DNA of 20,000 bases. Source: Welwitschia mirabilis. Lineage: Eukaryota. The position numbers and the translations under genes are program-made. The DNA is taken from assembly GCA_051453625.1 (NCBI GenBank), contig JBOZIK010000001.1, positions 16,718,515-16,738,514 on the forward strand, in the 5' to 3' direction. Under the pieces are notes generated by a model. It saw nothing but the letters and a program-made list of their open reading frames with translations, was not told where the DNA came from and did no database searches. Every line of letters begins with the position of its first letter. The stretch's first letter is position 1. Below, piece after piece: positions 12,111 to 20,000 of the stretch.

Positions 12111-12677
12111 TATAGGATAAGAGCTAACTAAGGTGAAAATAAGTTAGCAAATTAAGTAATTGATTACATTTAAGAAATTGCATTGCATGTCCATACCATG
12201 CTAATTTTCATTGCAGTAAATCCCATATTATCATTTTCATTACTCATTTTCTTCTTTATTTATTAAAAATACCAAAAATAATGATGTGCACTTTTCTTTT
12301 GAATGAATTAATTTACCAATATTTTTTTCTTTGATTTACTATTTTATAACATTTGGATTATATCCTGTACTAGTGTGTGTCATATTCTAAGATTATAGGT
12401 TAAATTGATAGGTGAAGAAACATTTTGTTAATGCACACCTAAGAGATAATCATTTCAACATAATTATCAAGGAAGCATTTAGAATTGGAAGGTTATTTCT
12501 CATTACATAAGTAGGTAAATTAATTTCAAGATTATTTACTTGCATAGTATGTATATATAATTTTCATTTATTTTTGTTTACATTTTAAATTTTCCTCTTT
12601 ATTATTGATTTATTTTTTATGTAGTCTTAGGAATTACCACTTATACAACAAACTTATCCTATGCTTTTTTCTTTGGG

Positions 12678-12721
12678 TAATCTAAGTGAATGTTACTTTT
12701 GATAATCTAAGTGAATGTTAC
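12678..12721. repeat. Perfect 19-bp direct repeat with a 6-bp spacer
   Basis: taatctaagtgaatgttac at 12678-12696 and 12703-12721. Confidence 0.95.
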
Positions 12722-13149
12722 ATCCATTATTGGTATAACCTTCTTATTGCGCTTTATGTAGTATAGAAGAGTGTTATCATTTGGGTATAAAGAAGTTTAT
12801 TTATCATATTATAATCATGTAGGATAATGGTAGAGCACTATAAAGAAAATAATTTTATCAAATAAACTATTAAATAAGGTCTAATTGATTTCTATTTATG
12901 AACTATAAGTAAATTTATTTTTAATAATGGAGTAAGATTAATTTTGTACTTTTATTTGCGATAATTCTCAAATTAATTCTTTAGTCATTTCTCATTAATT
13001 TACTTCTCATGCTAATCCTCCATTAAACATAACTTCTAATAACCCTTTAAAGAATTTTTCATCTTCTTCAAACATTACTTTAAATTTTAATGTTATTTAC
13101 CAATCCCTTAAAGATTCATTTAAAGTAGAAATAAAGAATTTTAAAATCC

Positions 13150-14660
13150 TTTTGATTTACCTAGAGGAAGGACATAGAATTGAAAAATCTCAGTGCCTAT
13201 TTTACTTTTTATAAGAGGATGGTAATGACATTTCCAACACTGAGATAAAATTAAGTAATGTATTCTTACTTCAAGAAATGGAAAAAAGAAAATTAATGAT
13301 AGAACTTATATGCTAATTTTTTTATTTTCCCTTGAGATGCAAAGCTAAAATTGGTTGAAAACCATTCCCTACAAAAGCCTAAAATGTTGGAAAGAAATTT
13401 AAAATATCTTTATCAAACATTTTGTATGTGAAATAACTATGAGATAAATAGGAACAAACCTTACAAATATTTTTTAATAACCTCATAAAGATTATGTAAT
13501 AACCTATTAAAGGTTTCTTATGGGAGCTTCATCTAATCCCTTGGAGGATTTTCAAAGGAAGATTTAATTAAGAATTTATATTGTGGCTTAATATTCAAAT
13601 AAAATAACTTTTATATTTTTCTTTTTGAGGTAATCTTAGCAGTTTAACTTTGAAAGATGCTTAAAAGTGTTTAAAAGAGCTCATGGAAATTAGTCAAACC
13701 TAGCCAAAACCAACATGTAGAAAAAATAAATCAATAGATTAAATGCTAAAGAATTTCAGTAAAGGCCAACATGATGAGCTAATAATCCATACCAACTTTA
13801 TTCAAGGTTTAATAACCACTTAATCTAAGTATAGTAGACCTAGAACCAATGTAAAGGTGATAAATTAGAGATCCTCAACTTCTTACTCCCTTTGTAAAAC
13901 TTCTAAATATGATTCCTATATAACAAAAGAATGTCTAGCATTATCCACTTACAAAGAGGTCATTTTTAAGGGATTATTAACTTTCAATAAGAGATCTAAC
14001 ATGAACAAAGAAAATAAACAATTTTAATAAAGAAATCATGAACTAACACTTGCTTTTAGAATTGCTTTTGAAAATGGGTTTAGAAATAAAAATTTTGAAT
14101 TAACTTCTTTCAACTTCCAAAGCAATCTAGGTAAATTAATTTATGATTTAATTGAAGAACTTAAAAAAATGTTAGATATCATCAAAAGATACATTGAAAT
14201 TCAAAGCAAAAACATAGGAAATTATATAGAAATATTTCAACAAACCATGCTAGAAAACTAGAGATCCCAAGGTACTCTTACCATCCAAATTCTCCTTAAT
14301 CCACATGTAAAAAAGGATTAAAAAGTAATAGCTAGAAATTAACTAGAAGTTGAGTTAACCCCACTCTAACTAGATAAGATTAATATCAAAAATTTATAAA
14401 CATACGAACGACAACAATAAGATTTAAATACCTAAAAATCAAAATTTCCTTAAAATGTTGATGAGAAATCAAAGACCAACATAAATAAAGTTCAATAAGA
14501 TAACTAAGTATCCCTTTCATGGCTTAGAAGATTGAAAGCAATATAATTTATTATTAGTAAAATCCTAGATTTAATGAAGCCAATTATTAAATAAAGTATG
14601 TTTTGTATGCAAAAATGTATTAAAGGTATCTCTTAAGATTAACAGATATTTATCACTTAG
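13150..14660 (+). pseudogene. Ty3/gypsy (Athila-like) gag remnant, truncated before the protease
   Basis: MLIFLFSLEMQS*NWLKTIPYKSLKCWKEI*NIFIKHF (13310-13423; Retrotrans_gag LFPFSLxxxAxxWxxxLPxxSIxxWxELxxxFLxxF), GNLSSLTLKDA*KCLKELMEISQT* (13629-13703), YSLCKTSKYDSYITKECLAL (~13884-13943; decayed Cys knuckle), QGTLTIQILLNP (14268-14303; GxLPSQxxxNP), KILDLMK (~14559). Confidence 0.82.
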
Positions 14661-15320
14661 TGAAGACTTTCCAATCTAGTACATATGAATTTTAAACATC
14701 AAATATAGTCTTGTATGGATCTATTGATGATTTCAAAGTTGATGAAAGGTGTTTATCATGTCAAAGATGTCTATGTTATAATTTTAAAGGTAATAGAATG
14801 CCTCTTATATAAATAAAAGATCACACATATTAAAATCAACTCCTAAGATACCAAATAAGATTTTTACATCATAATCATGATGCTAGAAGATTAGAGATGA
14901 TTTAGTTCATAGATTATTAGGTTTAAATAAAGTTGAAAATATACATTTATCAAGTGAAAGACATCTAGGCTGAATTAATCTAAACCTAATTATAAATGTC
15001 TATTAGCTAAGAGATATCTATATTAAATAAACTAATGATAGAAATCTATCATGTGAAAAATGTCTATGCTGAACTAAAATGTATAATAGAGGTTTATTTA
15101 TACAAACAAGAAAGTGATGATGATTAATCCACCTTTTAGAAAATTAGAAAAGTTTTTCATATCAAATTCATGATCTGACAAGGATAGAGAGATAGAAATT
15201 TTAAGCTTATCAAAATTTGGGCAAAGTTACTATAAATATCTATCGCCATGAAAGATTTATATTAGATAAAGACATTTATCCAACTATAGACATCAATCCT
15301 AAAAAATTACATAATAGAAA
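14640..15320. repeat. Old tandem repeat, ~293-bp unit, ~2.3 copies
   Basis: tatcatgtcaaagatgtctatg (14754) vs tatcatgtgaaaaatgtctatg (15047). tttttacatcataatcatgat (14861) vs tttttcatatcaaattcatgat (15153). An ata(c/t)atttatca...tgaa(a)ga motif recurs at ~14642, 14941 and 15232. Confidence 0.72.
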
Positions 15321-15651
15321 ATTAGCCATTAAAAATAAAAAACTAGTTATTTATAGTCATTAAATAGTATTCAAAATTATTCCAATAATTATTTCACTAG
15401 GTTTTGAATAGATCACTTCAAAATTATAAAAGAAATGAAAAATAAATAATTGGATGATAATTGAATGATATTATACATGATAAAATCACTTTTAATGGAT
15501 TATTACCACTATCACTAAAGACATTTATATGACATGAGCTCATCCACTGCCACAATCTTGTCATTAAAACATGACATCGAAGGAGAAATCAAGCTATAAC
15601 AACATCTCATCATTTCAATGTTCTTCTTTCTTAATATTAAGCTTTAGCACA

Positions 15652-15878
15652 TGTAAAGCCCCAAATTTCTATAGTTGAAAATATTCAAACTTGATACTCT
15701 GATACCAAACTGTAAGACCTCAAATTTTATATAGTTGAAAATCTTCATACTTAATGCTCTAATACCAAAATGTAATACTTGAAATTTTTAATTTTGAAAA
15801 CTTCAAAACTTACTCAAATGCTATGATACCAAAATGTAAAGCCCACAAATGTCTAGGTTTGAAAAGATCTCAAAATTA
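15652..15878 (-). repeat. Tandem array of ~60-bp units, each an LTR terminus (TGTAA.. on +) plus a tRNA-iMet primer-binding site on the minus strand
   Basis: Units start tgtaa at 15652, 15711, 15771 and 15835 (59, 60 and 64 bp, plus a partial unit). actctgatacca (15696-15707), gctctaatacca (15756-15767) and gctatgatacca (15820-15831) each match the reverse complement of TGGTATCAGAGC at 11/12, and each lies 3 nt from the next TGTAA. Confidence 0.88.
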
Positions 15879-18437
15879 ATAATTAGGGCTATCCATTCAA
15901 ATAATATACCCATATATCTGAATTGAGTAAAACCATGTTTCTAAGATTTAAACACAAGCATTGTACTATTCTAACTCTTTATGATAACCATTCTATCTAT
16001 TACTTTATATTTATATAAATATTTCTTTTATTAATCCATAGATTAAATGTTATTACAATTCTTTAGTTGTATAAATCGAATTATTTAGATGGAAATTTTT
16101 GTACTTAGTGATGTTTTTGCATTCTTCAACATATAATCTACTGGAGGAAAAAATGGAAGGAATGAAAGATAATAAATGATGAAGAAAGGTAGAATATGTC
16201 AACGTTGAAGAAATTAAAAGAATCTGAAAGTTATCACTAATAAAAACAAGGAAACAAAAGTATGAATGCTAAGAAAAAAAATTCTAGATGATGCACTAAA
16301 TTTCAAAAATTTTCACATGATTCTAAAGAACATAACATAAGATAAGGAAAGAAAGTTATAAAATTGAAACATTACATCTTCAACATTTTCTTATTGAGTT
16401 ACGGCATTTTCTTCAGTTCTTTGAGAGAATCATCAAGCTAGTGCTTCATAAGACTATAGTTTGATAACTAAGATGAATGAAAGAAGAGTTGGAAGTTAAC
16501 TATTCACTCAATGTTCTACTAAATAGCATGAAAAGAGAAAACACTAAAATTTGTTTGAGAATAATGGAGGATTAAATAAAGATGATTGTGTTCTAACTTA
16601 TAAGTAAAAGAAATCCATTGATTTCAAATGTTTAATATGAACTTCATGTGAGAGTGAATGCATACAAGATTTCTTACTTAATGCTAAATGAATCTAATAA
16701 TGAATTTTTAGATGAGTGCTTATGCATTTCATTTTTCTTATTTACATTTCGACTAATGTCTTTAGTAGAAAGAAAAAGATTGAATTAAAGGAAGTAATAG
16801 CAATGAAATAGAGAATGGGCATTGGGGAAAGGCAATAGAAAAAGGAGCATTTCAATGATTGCAATCCATCTAATCAGTGCTTATTTCAAATTATATAGAC
16901 ACCCTTCCAAAGTAATACTTCTTACCATTTCTGATGGTTGAAGACTTGAAATGTTACCTGTGTTTTTTAGGCTATTTGCATGCATTTTGCCTATGTTTAC
17001 CTATGTTTTAAAGAATTTTACCTATAATTTTGATATACAAGAATGTTTTGGATGTTGAGAAGATGTAGAGAATTACTAAATTCAAACATGGTCAAAAATG
17101 AATTGCAAGCCAAATCATGATTAAAACATTTAATAATTATTTATAGATCTGAGAATGAAAAAATGCTTGAGTCAATTGATTTTTTGGAATTTCTGGCCTA
17201 TTGATGCATTTCTTCCTTAAGAAATGCTTAAGACACTAAATTCTCAAATGCAAAAGTGAGTTTAGCATCTAGAAAAAACATTCATCCTTAATACTAACCA
17301 ACATGATTTCTAATCGAGCCACACACCAAACCATGGCCCTTATCCTATGAGCATTGTTGCACTTTCCTAATGGAGATCTCTTCTACATACATCCTAGCTA
17401 CTACTAATAATGAATTCTCATAAAAGAGCCTAACAAATAGGTTAAATGTGAAAGAAAATGGTTCATCTTCAATGATTACTCCTTAGCATAATGTTAGATA
17501 ATGTTATTAAAAAGAGAGAGGTTGGTAGTTTGAAGTCATGCATTATACCCGTTTTAATATTTAATGACTTTTCATCACTTATTTTAAAAAAATAATACTC
17601 TAATATAACATATTAATGGTTTTCCTTAAGCACTCTATAAGTGGACCTTTTCATAACATCCCTTTTATAACATTCCTATTTAAGAATTGTTTAATGCCAT
17701 AATGTTATTTATCAACACCCTTCAAACTATTATGATAGCATTTAAATATTTATTAATGCTCTTTAACATAATTATTTAAATTATTATTTTACATAATTAC
17801 TAATGCCCTCATCAAGACTATTTATTATAATATTAAAATGATTGTTAAGAGGAGGAGGGGAATACATAACTCTTTCTTGAAGTTTTATTGTAATAAATGG
17901 ACATTAAATTCTACATTCATGGTACAATTTCAATATTCCAAACTCATACTTAGACTATAGATTTCAAGAAACAACCACATTAATTTTTTTCTAAAATGAA
18001 TGGACCCTTAAACTAATGCCCCTCGACATACTTATTTATATCATTTATTAAATAATTTTTAATTCTCTTTAATAGATTTATTTAATATGAAAATAATTAA
18101 ATGGTGGGGAGGGAAACTCATTCCCTTACTTGTTAAATCAATAATATTAAATAAATATTATTACTATAATTAAGGAATGATACTAATATTTAACACTTAC
18201 CAATAGATTGTAAATTTTTAATAAAATTTTGTAACTGATGTATAAAATAAATTGTTAGCTTTATGCTTTTAAAAAAATGATAATTCAAGAAAAAGATACT
18301 TTAAAATTACCATTCCATGCATTTTTAAGATATCATACACAACTAAAGTTTCAAGATTATGAATAAAGTTCCTTAAGAAATGCATGAAGAAAATATACTT
18401 AAATTTTCATGTTTCATTACAAGAATCTTCAAGGAAA

Positions 18438-18608
18438 ATATGCATTATTCAATACAGTATGAATCCTTAAAGNNNNNNNNNNNNNNNNNNNNNNNNNNNN
18501 NNNNNNNNNNNNNNNNNNNNNNNNNNNNNNNNNNNNNNNNNNNNNNNNNNNNNNNNNNNNNNNNNNNNNNNNAATAGGCATTATTCAATATATTACAAAT
18601 CCTCAAAG
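18438..18608. repeat. Short (~35-bp) repeat unit flanking a 100-N gap (18473-18572); probably a collapsed minisatellite
   Basis: aatatgcattattcaatacagtatgaatccttaaag left of the gap and aataggcattattcaatattacaaatcctcaaag right of it. Confidence 0.65.
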
Positions 18609-18714
18609 TAGACTTCATAAAATGCAAATCATAAATATAATATAATGGAGTTTATCTCTCATCGTAATCAAGAAACATTAAGCATAAATACATATTCCAT
18701 CTTATGAAACTAAG

Positions 18715-18727
18715 GCATATGATACCA
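18715..18727 (-). promoter_or_regulatory. Degenerate tRNA-iMet primer-binding site of a minus-strand LTR element
   Basis: Minus strand reads TCATAATA-CT-TGGTATCATATGCCTTAGTTTC: an LTR end (..ATAACA decayed to ..ATAATA), 2 nt, then a TGGTATCA core with partial extension. Confidence 0.6.
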
Positions 18728-18729
18728 AG

Positions 18730-20000
18730 TATTATGATAAATAAGAATCTCAATTATTCAGCAAGATTTTTCATAAACATTGGATCAAAGATCCTCCACA
18801 TCCATATGCCCACTTTAGCATTTCCTCTAAACTTTCCAACTATCATACAAAAGTATGGGATGAGAACTATGAAAATATCATAGCTCCTAGTATGGTCTAA
18901 GTAAGAATAGGTAATTTGTTAAGGAATTTTAAGAGTTACAATAGGAAAGACAAATAATGACTTCAAGACAAACAAGATATAATACAAACATCAACCTTAT
19001 GTTTATGAATGAGAATATTATATATATTAAAATATCTCAATCACTTCACTGCCTCATTCGATGATCTATGAAGCTCACTTCCTCATTTGGTGACCTATGG
19101 TTTTCATNNNNNNNNNNNNNNNNNNNNNNNNNNNNNNNNNNNNNNNNNNNNNNNNNNNNNNNNNNNNNNNNNNNNNNNNNNNNNNNNNNNNNNNNNNNNN
19201 NNNNNNNNNNNNNNNNNNNNNNNNNNNNNNNNNNNNNNNNNNNNNNNNNNNNNNNNNNNNNNNNNNNNATTACCTCGTTTAGTAATCTATAAAGCTCACT
19301 ATCTCATTCAGCAAGCTATGATAAATCTAATAGTTTCAGTGCCTCATTTAGTGATATGTAGGATTCTCACTTCAGTGCCTCATTCGGTGATCGGTGAAGC
19401 CCACTGCCTTGTTCAGTGATCTATGAAAATCCATAATCATAAGTTCAAACATAATGATGTTAAGAAACTAAGATAAGTATGACCACAAGATATCATCTCA
19501 AACCATAGATTTCAATGGCATGATCACAAGGTGAATATAATAAGGATCAATCACAAACAATGATCTCATATCAAGAATAGATAATGATAATACATCGAGA
19601 AAAAGGATAAATGGATATAAGACATGTATAAAAATATAATTTATCTTATCAAGTATCACATGATTTAACATTTAGCTTACAGAAGTATGAGCATGATAAT
19701 TTCAATAATGGAATGCATAAGAAAGGACTAATAAGAAAGCATGAAAATATAGAACCATACCTATGTATGTTCGCTACTAAAGATCTTCTAAGTTTTCAAA
19801 TCTCCTAGACCTCCTAAGCTCCAAGGTTCAAGGTAATATTGTTTTGGAAAATAAACTAGACTTGAAGGAGAAAGAACTCTATTTAAAGTAAGAGAACATG
19901 TGTAAGATGATAAAGCTTAAGAATATGAAAGAATACATCATGAGCCAACAATAATAGAGGGGGTTATATAACATCTCAAAAAGGCTTGCCTAGCCATCGG
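18730..20000 (-). mobile_element. Probable 5' LTR of a minus-strand LTR retrotransposon; ends at 19973 or runs off the window
   Basis: Adjacent to the PBS at 18715-18727. Minus strand has TATATAACCCCCTC (19970-19957; TATA-like) followed by a CT-rich tract and AGGTATGG (~19762-19755), plus an internal minisatellite. No partner LTR in the window. Confidence 0.5.
19047..19430. repeat. ~29-bp minisatellite (CACTGCCTCATTCGGTGATCTATGAAGCT) spanning a 161-N gap (19108-19268)
   Basis: At least 7 visible units: cactgcctcattcgatgatctatgaagct (19047), cacttcctcatttggtgacctatgg (19076), attacctcgtttagtaatctataaagct (19269), cactatctcattcagcaagctatga (19297), cagtgcctcatttagtgatatgtagg (19337), cagtgcctcattcggtgatcggtgaagcc, cactgccttgttcagtgatctatgaaaat. 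Confidence 0.9.

Noticed and set aside
15652..15878. CRISPR-like array (~60-bp period)
   Set aside because: The whole unit is repeated with no unique spacers, the repeats are not identical, there are no cas genes, and the conserved core is a retrotransposon PBS.
18380..18627. ORFs 18380-18577 (+) and 18445-18627 (-)
   Set aside because: Open only because they run through the 100-N gap.
19068..19419. Three plus-strand ORFs, including a 110-aa one with repeated SVPH
   Set aside because: They span the 161-N gap, and the peptide repeat is the translated 29-bp minisatellite.
19047..19430. CRISPR-like 29-bp repeats
   Set aside because: Units are essentially head-to-tail and degenerate with no spacers, in a eukaryotic LTR context.

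Overview
Very AT-rich (roughly 25-30% GC by eye), strongly CpG-depleted eukaryotic DNA from a draft assembly with three N gaps. It looks like a land-plant transposon graveyard with no intact gene. Motif remnants translated by hand through many stops and frameshifts show: (1) a near full-length L1-clade LINE on the minus strand (~1-4700: ORF1 DUF4283 + zinc knuckle; ORF2 APE endonuclease, RT, zf-RVT) with a 184-bp tandem duplication of its catalytic xxDD region; (2) a second, different L1/Tx1-like ORF2 on the plus strand (~4860-8866), head-to-head with the first across an A22 tract; (3) a heavily decayed Ty3/gypsy RT-RNaseH-integrase on the minus strand (~8890-10500); (4) a ~21-bp minisatellite, then a probable LTR and an Athila-like gag on the plus strand (~11086-14660); (5) a ~293-bp tandem repeat; (6) an array of ~60-bp units each containing an LTR terminus plus a tRNA-iMet primer-binding site (15652-15878), the most unusual structure here; (7) another minus-strand PBS/LTR with an internal 29-bp minisatellite running to about the window end. 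None of the supplied ORFs looks like a real gene. I see no evidence for a novel protein-coding system. Family names come from my recognition of motifs, not from database searches, and most boundaries are approximate.
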